From: Pseudomonadota bacterium | GTDB lineage: Bacteria > Bdellovibrionota_B > Oligoflexia > Oligoflexales > CAIYRB01 | Direction of reading: 5' to 3' | Assembly (NCBI GenBank): GCA_043750715.1 | Contig: JAYVBB010000524.1 | Span: 1 to 32,013, forward strand | DNA length: 32,013 bases | Part shown: positions 14,772-22,387 of the stretch, one piece after another | How the letters are laid out: each line of letters starts with the position of its first letter | Numbering within the stretch: the stretch's first letter is position 1 | Program-made: the position numbers and the translations under genes | The notes under the pieces: generated by a model | Seen by the model: the letters and a program-made list of their open reading frames with translations, nothing else | Told to the model about the DNA's origin: nothing | The model's database searches: none

Positions 14772-16574
14772 GTGCATTTGTCCAAGGTGGAAATCAAGAA
14801 CTTCATGTCGTTCGAATACGCCGTGCGTGAGTTCAAAGACAACGGTCTGATCCTCGTCCAGGGCGAGAACGGGGCGGGGAAGAGTTCGATCTGGGACGCG
14901 GTGTCGTGGGCCATTTTCGGCAAGACCGTGCGTGGCGTGGATGGCGACGACGTGGTGCATTGGGGCGCGGGCGAGGACTGTGCGGTTACGGTTAGCTTCA
15001 GTCTTGGCAACGACTACTTCGAAGTGACGCGGCACAGAAGGGGTACCGACAAAGACGACAAGGGCTCGCTGCTCGGCAACCGTCTGCGGATCGCCTGGAA
15101 GCCGCACGGAGCCGAGGATGAAGAGATCGTCGAGTTGGGATCGATCGATGCCACACAGACCTGGCTGCTGGACGTCGCACGCATCGACTTCGAGCTGTTC
15201 CGCTGCACGGTACTGTTCGCTCAAGAAGAGACGTTCAATTTCGTGAGCGCTACCGACAAGAAACAAAAAGAGATCCTGTCCAAGGTCAAACGGCTCAACT
15301 TCGAGACAGGACTGGCGACGGTGCGCGGCAAGCTGAAAGAGCTGATGGCCGAGGTCCAAGAGATCGACACGAAGCTGGTCGTACTCCACTCGCATCAACG
15401 AGCGGGCGCGGCAACGTTCGACGACGAGGTGGAGGACTGGGATCGCACGCAGAAAGCTCGGGTGAAAGACAAGCTCGTTGAGATCAAGAGGCTCGAAGAA
15501 GAAATTGTCGAGATGGAATCGAAGGTGGTTGACGTCTCGAAGGCCGAGGAGGTCATCCAGCGCGTCGTCCAAGCGGGTAACAAGCTGAAGGACGAACGTC
15601 GCACGCTTCGCGACAAACGAGACATCGTCCAGCGGAAGATCGGCTTCTTCCAGGGCAAGCTGAAAGAGATCAAGAAACTTGGCGATAAATGCCCGGTGTG
15701 CGAGCAGGAGGTCAGCAAGGCCACGGTGAGCGCTCACGCGGACGAGATCGAAGCAGAGTTGATCGGTCGAAAGGCTGCTGATGAAATCATGTCTAAGCGG
15801 CTGGATGAACTCGACCCCGAGATAGACAGCCTGCGGGAGAAGGAAGATCGACTCAGGACGAAAATCGTCGAGAACCGGCAGTACGCGACCGGGGCGAACG
15901 TCAAAAAGGTGGACATCAAGAAGATCAACGATGCGATCGCCAGGTTGAGAGCGGAAGAGAATCCGTTCCGCAAGAAAGCCGAAGAGGCGAAGGCGAAGAT
16001 GGAGAAGATCAACGAGGCGGTGGTTAAGTTCGAGAAACGCCGTCTGGAAGCGCAAGAGCAGCTCCCGTACTACAATTTCTGGGAGATTGGATTCTCCGAC
16101 AAGGGCATGAAGTCCTTCGTGTTTGACTCGCTCTGTGCGGTGCTCACGGCTAAGGCCAATCACTACCTCGGCATCATGAGCGATGGCTTCCTGGCGGTCA
16201 CGTTCGACACGCAGACCAGGCTCAAGAGCGGTGAGCTTCGAGAGAAGTTCGAGTGTATGGTCCTGATCGACGGCAAGAAGGTCCCGTTCGAATCTTATTC
16301 GGGCGGGGAAAAGACCAGGATCTCGCTCGCGGTGGACATGGCGCTGGCGTCATTGATGATGGACACCTACGGCGCGAATGAGTTCAATGTTGTGGTCTTT
16401 GACGAGCAGGACCAGTTCCTTGACGCCAAGGGTCGAGCCCATTACCTGAAGCTGCTCCGCGAGCGGGCCAAGACGCAGACGGTGTTCGTTGTCTCGCACG
16501 ATGCCGAGCTGAAGTCGCGTTTCGAGAATGTATGGACCGTAGTGAAGGAGAACGGAGTTTCTCGTTTTGAGTAG
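14772..16574 (+). CDS. sbcC: Rad50/SbcC/gp46-type SMC-like ATPase
   Basis: GTG with GAGG upstream. Walker A GENGAGKSS, long coiled coil with a CPVC zinc hook, signature SGGEKTRISL, Walker B VVVFDEQD, and H-loop VVSHD. Confidence 0.85.
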   Translation: MHLSKVEIKNFMSFEYAVREFKDNGLILVQGENGAGKSSIWDAVSWAIFGKTVRGVDGDDVVHWGAGEDCAVTVSFSLGNDYFEVTRHRRGTDKDDKGSLLGNRLRIAWKPHGAEDEEIVELGSIDATQTWLLDVARIDFELFRCTVLFAQEETFNFVSATDKKQKEILSKVKRLNFETGLATVRGKLKELMAEVQEIDTKLVVLHSHQRAGAATFDDEVEDWDRTQKARVKDKLVEIKRLEEEIVEMESKVVDVSKAEEVIQRVVQAGNKLKDERRTLRDKRDIVQRKIGFFQGKLKEIKKLGDKCPVCEQEVSKATVSAHADEIEAELIGRKAADEIMSKRLDELDPEIDSLREKEDRLRTKIVENRQYATGANVKKVDIKKINDAIARLRAEENPFRKKAEEAKAKMEKINEAVVKFEKRRLEAQEQLPYYNFWEIGFSDKGMKSFVFDSLCAVLTAKANHYLGIMSDGFLAVTFDTQTRLKSGELREKFECMVLIDGKKVPFESYSGGEKTRISLAVDMALASLMMDTYGANEFNVVVFDEQDQFLDAKGRAHYLKLLRERAKTQTVFVVSHDAELKSRFENVWTVVKENGVSRFE

Positions 16575-17019
16575 GCCGAGGACGAAGGCGTATATCGCAT
16601 GGATGAACATGAAGCAGAGATGTCTTAATCCGAAATCAACATATTTTAGCGACTATGGTGGGCGCGGCATTCAGGTCTGTGAGCGATGGATAGATTTTAA
16701 AAACTTTTTCAGCGACATGGGCGATCCACAGTGTGGGCAAACGCTTGATCGCAAGAACAACGATGGAAACTATGAGCCGTCGAACTGTCGATGGACGACT
16801 CGTAAAAATCAGGCGCAAAATCGTCGATCAACGAGGCGCTTGGAGTTCTTGGGGAAGTCCCTTCCGCTTATAGAGTGGTCCAGGATAACGGGGCTTGACT
16901 GGAGAACTATCAGCTACAGGCTTGGCAGAGGCTGGACCGTAGAAGATGCGCTGACGAGGCCCAAGATCTCCCTCGGCGAAGCGGGCAAACTCGGAGCTGT
17001 CGGGAAATGGAGGCCATAG
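16567..17019 (+). CDS. HNH-like (degenerate) homing-endonuclease-family / DNA-binding protein
   Basis: YIAWMNMKQRCLNP...YGGRGIQVCERW...LDRKNNDGNYEPSNCRWTT matches a widespread phage family, followed by a C-terminal HTH-like segment. TTG start overlapping the sbcC stop. Confidence 0.5.
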   Translation: MSRPRTKAYIAWMNMKQRCLNPKSTYFSDYGGRGIQVCERWIDFKNFFSDMGDPQCGQTLDRKNNDGNYEPSNCRWTTRKNQAQNRRSTRRLEFLGKSLPLIEWSRITGLDWRTISYRLGRGWTVEDALTRPKISLGEAGKLGAVGKWRP

Positions 17020-17544
17020 GTGGCGTCTCCAGTTTTCCTAGCTGATGCGATGCCGAAGCCGAAGCGTCGTAGCAAGAAGAGGGAGCGTGGATTCCTGACC
17101 GAGCTGCGGCATTCGTTTGAAGAGAACGGTGCGTTCTTCTTCAAGATCGCTGACATGCCACATTTCGCAGGCTCGCGGCATCGTTTCGATTTGGAAAAGC
17201 CTTTCGATGCCTTTCTATGCTACAAGGGAAAACCCATCGCCATCGAAGCCAAGACCCTCACGAGCTACAGCGCATTCGGCTCGCAGATTCGCGGTTCGCA
17301 AATCAAAGGCCTCGATGCCTTCGTGAAAGCGGGTGGGCGCGGTTTTATTTTCCTGAATATCCGCACGAAAAAGCCCTACATGAATCGGTTAATCATCTTC
17401 GACTGGGAAGAATACGGCGAACGGTTCAAGAGCGGCTGGACGATGAAGAAGAAGGAGCTACTGTGTCAACAGTTCCGCCAAGGAAAAAAGAAACGGTTCC
17501 TGCTTCGGCTTTGGCTGACGTCACTTACGACCAGGCGTCGTTAA
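17020..17544 (+). CDS. RecU-like Holliday junction resolvase (PD-(D/E)xK)
   Basis: FDAFLCYKGKPIAIEAKTLTSYSAFGSQIRGSQIKGLDAFVKAGGRGFIFL aligns by eye to the RecU core (DYNGIYKGRYIDFEAKET..SFPL...HQ...GG..F). Confidence 0.6.
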   Translation: MASPVFLADAMPKPKRRSKKRERGFLTELRHSFEENGAFFFKIADMPHFAGSRHRFDLEKPFDAFLCYKGKPIAIEAKTLTSYSAFGSQIRGSQIKGLDAFVKAGGRGFIFLNIRTKKPYMNRLIIFDWEEYGERFKSGWTMKKKELLCQQFRQGKKKRFLLRLWLTSLTTRRR

Positions 17545-17957
17545 AGCCAGGCGTTCAGGATTTCGTTTTCAAACTGACTTCGTCGCCCTCGGCGATGGAT
17601 GAGCAGTTGGCTTACATGATCTGGGGTTCGGTCGTAACGACGACCAGGGCGTATGACTCAGTAACGATCAACATCAGCGCCGAGACGCAGCGAGTGTTCA
17701 TCGAGATCAGGCTGCGATGGTGGACGCGCTTTAAGAAGTTCGACAGGCTCAAGGAATTCTGGTTGAAGCGTGCACAAGACCGAGCAGCACGGTACATCCC
17801 AAACGGTTGGAGGCTTCTAGTTTACTATGGACGAAATGCAAAAGCTCTTGGCTTCGGTGACGGACCCAAACACGAAGCTGATCCTGGCGATCTTCAAGGA
17901 GAGACTGGTCACGATGGAGGCGGAGATCAACCGCCTGAAAGCGATGCCGAGGAGTGA
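17463..17957 (+). CDS. hypothetical protein; long out-of-frame overlaps at both ends
   Basis: GTG preceded by GAAGAAGGAG with a 5-nt spacer. Coding bias is lost after about 17827. Confidence 0.45.
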   Translation: MSTVPPRKKETVPASALADVTYDQASLKPGVQDFVFKLTSSPSAMDEQLAYMIWGSVVTTTRAYDSVTINISAETQRVFIEIRLRWWTRFKKFDRLKEFWLKRAQDRAARYIPNGWRLLVYYGRNAKALGFGDGPKHEADPGDLQGETGHDGGGDQPPESDAEE

Positions 17958-18015
17958 CTCGCGACTCGATCCGATCGGCGGGCCACCATACAGTGGAGGG
18001 CCTAGCATTGGCTGA
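17827..18015 (+). CDS. hypothetical coiled-coil protein (62 aa)
   Basis: Strong G/C3 bias. An in-frame stop lies 9 nt upstream of the ATG. Confidence 0.55.
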   Translation: MDEMQKLLASVTDPNTKLILAIFKERLVTMEAEINRLKAMPRSDSRLDPIGGPPYSGGPSIG

Positions 18016-18394
18016 AGAACACCACATCGACGGCCTGGTCGAGATCCTGCGCACCAAGGAAGTCCGGTCCTATTTCGTGAAGTTTATCGATCGTTTCTTC
18101 TCGCTGCCAGAGTCGCATCAGCTCGGCATCTTGTCGTGGATCGTTGAGAACGTCGGCTCGACGAAGTGGGAGCGTCTCCTCGACGACTCCTTCAAACACA
18201 TGACGCTCGTGAAAATGGTTTTGTTCTATTACAGTGGCAACGAAGATCGCGAAAAAGAACCAAACCCGAGCCATCTGGCGGCACTGATCGAGGGCTACAA
18301 GGAGTCCTCAGGCTTCGCTGAGAACGAGATGCAAGCGCTGGGTCTGAAGAAGAAGAAATCCAAATTCATGGAGGAAATCGATGCAGGAACCTAA
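18009..18394 (+). CDS. hypothetical protein (about 128 aa)
   Basis: TTG start overlapping the upstream stop. The ORF-track start at 17954 lies inside the previous gene. Confidence 0.5.
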
Positions 18395-19061
18395 GCAACA
18401 AGGCGCTACCGCTTCACCGATCGCCGTGCACAAACCGCATCCGCTCGATGGCGCTGGTCGCGGTGCCAAGCTGAATGCGATCATTACTTACGTTAAAGAT
18501 CTGGAGCGGCGGCTGTCTACACAGCAGGTGGAGATCGTCGAGTTGAAGAAGAAGATGGACTTCGAGCACCAGCAGACGCTCCAGGTCTTCGGCTTTCTCG
18601 GTGACATCGAAACGAGGCTGGAAGCTTTCCGTGCGCTCCTGACGATCCCGAAGCGGTGGCTGTCCAAGAAGCCCGTATTCGAGAACGAGGAGTACGACTC
18701 AATGTGGGACAGGATTAAAGGTATCCGCGTTCGCGGCTCGACTGAGTTCATCCAGAAGGGCGACTTCTGCAAGATCAGCTACAAGGCGGTCGAGAACGGC
18801 GTCGTGCTCGCGGACGAGAAGGACTTCCCCTGCCGCGTCGGCGCTGGAGCGCTGTTCATCGAGGACGAAATCGTAGGGAAGTCGGTGGGTTTGAAGGACC
18901 ACGAGTTCGTCAAAACCTACGGCAAGACGTATGACCCAAACCCCAATCTCGCTGGAAAGACAGTTACTTTTGTGGTCACAGTTGATAAAGTGAAAACAAG
19001 AATCGAGGAAATCAATGGAGAAGTTGCGAGGTCAGGTCAATCTGACCATCACGATTCGTGA
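18381..19061 (+). CDS. protein with C-terminal FKBP / trigger-factor-type PPIase-like domain
   Basis: RBS GGAGGAA. KGDFCKISYKAV.NG....EKDFPCRVGAGALFIEDEIVGKSVG....F.KTYGKTY.PNPNLAGKTVTFVVTVDKVK matches the trigger factor PPIase pattern (V.IDF.G..DG..F....F.LG.G..IPGFE..L.G...G......P..Y....LAGK...F.V.L..V). Confidence 0.5.
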   Translation: MQEPKQQGATASPIAVHKPHPLDGAGRGAKLNAIITYVKDLERRLSTQQVEIVELKKKMDFEHQQTLQVFGFLGDIETRLEAFRALLTIPKRWLSKKPVFENEEYDSMWDRIKGIRVRGSTEFIQKGDFCKISYKAVENGVVLADEKDFPCRVGAGALFIEDEIVGKSVGLKDHEFVKTYGKTYDPNPNLAGKTVTFVVTVDKVKTRIEEINGEVARSGQSDHHDS

Positions 19062-19206
19062 CGACGACACGATGGCCGAGACCTCGACGAAGATCTCGCT
19101 GTTTCAACTGAGCGACCCACAGGCAATGGCACGCATCGGCTCGGCGGTGTTGAAGGTGGTTCGCGAGATGGGAGTCACCGATGAGCGAAAAGAAGCTGGA
19201 TCATGA
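19015..19206 (+). CDS. hypothetical protein (63 aa)
   Basis: GAGGAA 4 nt upstream of the ATG. Confidence 0.5.
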   Translation: MEKLRGQVNLTITIRDDDTMAETSTKISLFQLSDPQAMARIGSAVLKVVREMGVTDERKEAGS

Positions 19207-19339
19207 TCAGGACCAAACCGAAGAGATCGTGAAGAGCGTCAACCCGGACACGGGCTTCATGAAGAGCAAAAGCCTCTGTCAGAAATGCCACGGACCGTTG
19301 CGCAAATGCGAGCGGCTCGAATGCCCGCAGAAAGGGTAA
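19181..19339 (+). CDS. small Cys-rich protein (52 aa; below the ORF-track cutoff)
   Basis: I translated this myself: MSEKKLDHDQDQTEEIVKSVNPDTGFMKSKSLCQKCHGPLRKCERLECPQKG. Strong G/C3 bias. It fills the gap before 19342. Confidence 0.5.
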   Translation: MSEKKLDHDQDQTEEIVKSVNPDTGFMKSKSLCQKCHGPLRKCERLECPQKG

Positions 19340-19341
19340 CC

Positions 19342-20217
19342 ATGAAGCTCGGAATGAACGTCGCGGTCACGGCTGACGACGACGGCGCGGACTTTATCGG
19401 AACCTGCGTCACTTCGGCCAACATGCGAGGTCTCAGACTCGTCGCCGAACCGAAGGTGGATCTGACCGCCGCGATCAAAGCGCTGAAGGCTAACAAGGCG
19501 AAAGCAGCGCTATCGGTCTACAGGATCACTCAGGCATCGTCGATGGCCGACAGTGCCCGCTTCATGTCAGAGGAAAGCTTCGCCGAGATCACACGTCTCT
19601 ACTCGGAGGCATGCTTCGATCTGCCGGTCGAACAGTCGCTTGGCGTCGTGCTACCCGAGGGTCTCGAACTGATCATGCGCGTTGGCAGGACTCAGTCGCG
19701 CTTCGGCGTGCTGCGAGAACAACTGATCGCCAGGCTCAACACGCTGGCTGACGTGATCCGCTCGGCAGGCCATAAGGTGGTGCTCCCCTCGCGCTTCGAG
19801 GACATCATCGCGCTGACGTGGCACAACTTCAAATGCGACATCATCGACATCGAGATGATGATGTCCAAGCGTCTCGACTTCGACTCCAGCTTCCAGGACT
19901 CACTGGCTCGGCTGAACAAACCGTTCTGGTTCGGTCGCGCCGGAATGATGGGCGGTTACATCATGCCAGCCGAGCAGGCCAAGTTCCTGCGGAAACTGAT
20001 CGGCATGCAGATCGGTGCGGACTACGCCTTCCTCTGGTCCGAGCCAGGCTCACCGCGCTGGGAGTGGTCCAAGGACGGCAAGTTCTTGGTGGACATCCTC
20101 GGGCCGACCATCCAGGCCATGCAGACTCAGAGAGTGCTCACGGGCGATCCTGTCGTCGCAGGCTGGAAGCAGCGGAAGCGCGAGGAACTTTCGACGTCGA
20201 AAGTGGTGAAGAAGTGA
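19342..20217 (+). CDS. hypothetical protein (291 aa)
   Basis: ATG 19342 follows the stop of the small upstream ORF. Contains palindrome copy 4, 10 codons before its stop. Confidence 0.6.
   Translation: MKLGMNVAVTADDDGADFIGTCVTSANMRGLRLVAEPKVDLTAAIKALKANKAKAALSVYRITQASSMADSARFMSEESFAEITRLYSEACFDLPVEQSLGVVLPEGLELIMRVGRTQSRFGVLREQLIARLNTLADVIRSAGHKVVLPSRFEDIIALTWHNFKCDIIDIEMMMSKRLDFDSSFQDSLARLNKPFWFGRAGMMGGYIMPAEQAKFLRKLIGMQIGADYAFLWSEPGSPRWEWSKDGKFLVDILGPTIQAMQTQRVLTGDPVVAGWKQRKREELSTSKVVKK
20187..20204. repeat. 18-bp palindrome copy 4 (inside the 3' end of a CDS)
   Basis: Exact match. Encodes LSTSKV in the same frame as copy 3. Confidence 0.95.
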
Positions 20218-20456
20218 GGCAGCTACTCGCCATCAAGAAATTTGGTGAGCGCTACCCGGAGGCGCTCCAAACCATCGGCTTTCGCCGCAAAGAGCGTTTC
20301 TACCTCCAGAACCTCGACTTCCCCGCCGATCGCGTCACGTTCAAACACGACAGCGAGCAAAGAAAAATCACCATAGAAATCACGCTGAACGAGGACGAAT
20401 ACTTGGCAGTCGGATCGACTTCTGGTATCGCCACGAAGCAGACAATCGAGGGGTAA
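20214..20456 (+). CDS. hypothetical protein (80 aa)
   Basis: GTGA overlap with the upstream gene. The ORF-track start at 19818 is too early. Confidence 0.5.
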   Translation: MRQLLAIKKFGERYPEALQTIGFRRKERFYLQNLDFPADRVTFKHDSEQRKITIEITLNEDEYLAVGSTSGIATKQTIEG

Positions 20457-20462
20457 GCAATC

Positions 20463-21881
20463 GTGGCGAAGAAGAACGACGAAAAAGTTGTGCACCTGTG
20501 CGTAGTTAAAGACTACCTGCCCATCGAATCGCTCCAGTTCTACCCGGATAACCCCAGGAAAATCAGCCCCATCCGCCTCATCCAAATGAAGGCGTCGATC
20601 CGCGAAAAGGGCTTCTACGAGCCGATCGTCGTGCGCCGTAAGGGCTCGGTCATCCTGTCGGGTAATCATCGCACCAGGGCCGTCCTGGAGCTTCAGGATG
20701 AGGGTCTCCAGTTCCGCTCACCGGATGGCAAGCTCGGCGTGCTGCCGGTCGTGATCGTGGACGTGGACGATGCCACGGCTGAGGCGATCCTGTTCGAGAC
20801 CAACAACCATTACGCCGAGTGGATCGAGGAGCAGGTCCAGGCCGTGCTCACCGCCGCCACCGAGGCTGGTCGAAACATCCAGAGCTACGGCTTCAACCAA
20901 GACGACATCGACCGCTTTGTCGTCAAAGCGACGGAAGAGGCCAAGACGCAGGTGGAAGCGCATGAACGCGCTCTTCCCGCGAAGACGGAAGACAACCTTC
21001 CCGAGAAGGTCACCACGAAGGTGAAGCCGGGCGAGATCTGGCAGCTCGGTCGCCACCGCATGATGTGCGGTAGCTCGACGAAGATCGAGGATGTCGAGAT
21101 GCTCGCGGACGGTCAGCTCATGGAGCTGTGCTTCACGTCACCGCCATATGCCGATCAGCGCGATTACAAATCGAAAGATGGAGATGATCTGTCGCCTGCT
21201 GGACTCGCGAAGTTCATCACGCTGGCACGCGAGTATGTGAAGCTATTCGCAATCAACCTCGGTATGAGCCGTAAGAACGGCGAAGTGAATCGTTACTGGG
21301 ATCATTACATTCGTGAGGCCGAGAGCTGCGGACTCAAACTCTTGAGCTGGAACGTGTGGCACCAGGGCTTCAGCGGCTCGGTAGCCAAGCTGACGGCCAT
21401 GTTCCCCATCGCGCATGAATGGGTGTTCGTGTTCGGCGAGAAGGTGAAGCGTCTGAATCCCACCGTCGATAATAAGACGGCGGGCAAGCTCAACATCGAC
21501 ACCACGGTGCGTGAGGTGAACGGTGAGATCACGTCTCGCGAGCCGGTGACGATTAGAGAGAAGCGTGAGATGGGCACGGTGATCGACCTGCCGCCATATG
21601 TCGCACGCAATGAGGATCTGGATCATCCCGCGATGTTCCCGGTTGCACTGCCTGAAGCCTATATCGAGTCTTGCACTGACGAGGACGAGATCGTATACGA
21701 GCCTTTCGGCGGCTCTGGCTCGACGCTCATCGCAGCGGAGAAAACCAACAGACGCTGCTTCATCATGGAGATAGAGCCAAGCTACTGCGGCATCATCATC
21801 GAGCGCTGGGAGCGCTTCACCAGCCTGAAGGCCGACAAGATTTATCCACCTGTCGTGCTCAAGAAGAAGAAAGCCAAATGA
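20463..21881 (+). CDS. ParB-N (sulfiredoxin-like) domain fused to a beta-class N6A/N4C DNA methyltransferase
   Basis: N-terminus LPIESLQFYPDNPRKI...ILSGNHRTRA. Methyltransferase motif IV FTSPPY comes before motif I YEPFGGSGSTLIAAE, which is the beta-class order. Confidence 0.8.
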   Translation: MAKKNDEKVVHLCVVKDYLPIESLQFYPDNPRKISPIRLIQMKASIREKGFYEPIVVRRKGSVILSGNHRTRAVLELQDEGLQFRSPDGKLGVLPVVIVDVDDATAEAILFETNNHYAEWIEEQVQAVLTAATEAGRNIQSYGFNQDDIDRFVVKATEEAKTQVEAHERALPAKTEDNLPEKVTTKVKPGEIWQLGRHRMMCGSSTKIEDVEMLADGQLMELCFTSPPYADQRDYKSKDGDDLSPAGLAKFITLAREYVKLFAINLGMSRKNGEVNRYWDHYIREAESCGLKLLSWNVWHQGFSGSVAKLTAMFPIAHEWVFVFGEKVKRLNPTVDNKTAGKLNIDTTVREVNGEITSREPVTIREKREMGTVIDLPPYVARNEDLDHPAMFPVALPEAYIESCTDEDEIVYEPFGGSGSTLIAAEKTNRRCFIMEIEPSYCGIIIERWERFTSLKADKIYPPVVLKKKKAK

Positions 21882-22204
21882 ACAAGGCACTACTCGTCGG
21901 GCGAATACATACCGACATCGAGACCTACGAGACGGCACCAGGCAAGACCGTCGCGAACTTTACGCTCGCCACGAAACAGAATAGCAAGATGGACCTGCAT
22001 CGCATCGTGGCATGGGACGAAGTGGCCAAGATCGTGTCGCTGCTTCGACGCGGCGATCCAGTGTTCATCGAGGGCCGCATTCAGACACGAAGCATTGGTG
22101 AGGGCGAACAGCGTCGGCGTGAAGTCGAGATCGTCGCGTGGACGGTCTACCCGCTGAAGGGCCGCGCCGAGACGGAACAGATGCACGCAGTCAACGAGGG
22201 GTAA
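21878..22204 (+). CDS. ssb: bacterial-type OB-fold SSB lacking an acidic C-terminal tip (108 aa)
   Basis: MNKALLVGRI..D.E......GKTVANFTLAT......LHRIVAW...A......L.RGD.VFIEGRIQTRS pattern. ATGA overlap with the upstream gene. Confidence 0.7.
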   Translation: MNKALLVGRIHTDIETYETAPGKTVANFTLATKQNSKMDLHRIVAWDEVAKIVSLLRRGDPVFIEGRIQTRSIGEGEQRRREVEIVAWTVYPLKGRAETEQMHAVNEG

Positions 22205-22387
22205 ATGCGAACAACCGTCAAACTGAGAGTCAGAGAGCCGGACGAAGCAGAAGAGTTCATGGAGCGCTTGCGTGAGTTCTTGGATGCGCAAGACGTGAAC
22301 GTGTCGATCAGTATCAACAACTCGCGCTGGCAGCATTTCGGTCGCCAGACCCAAAAGTTCCAAGCTGAACAGGTGTTGCCGCACTAA
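22205..22387 (+). CDS. hypothetical protein (60 aa)
   Basis: ATG immediately after the upstream TAA. Coupled to the next gene through TAATG. Confidence 0.5.
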   Translation: MRTTVKLRVREPDEAEEFMERLREFLDAQDVNVSISINNSRWQHFGRQTQKFQAEQVLPH

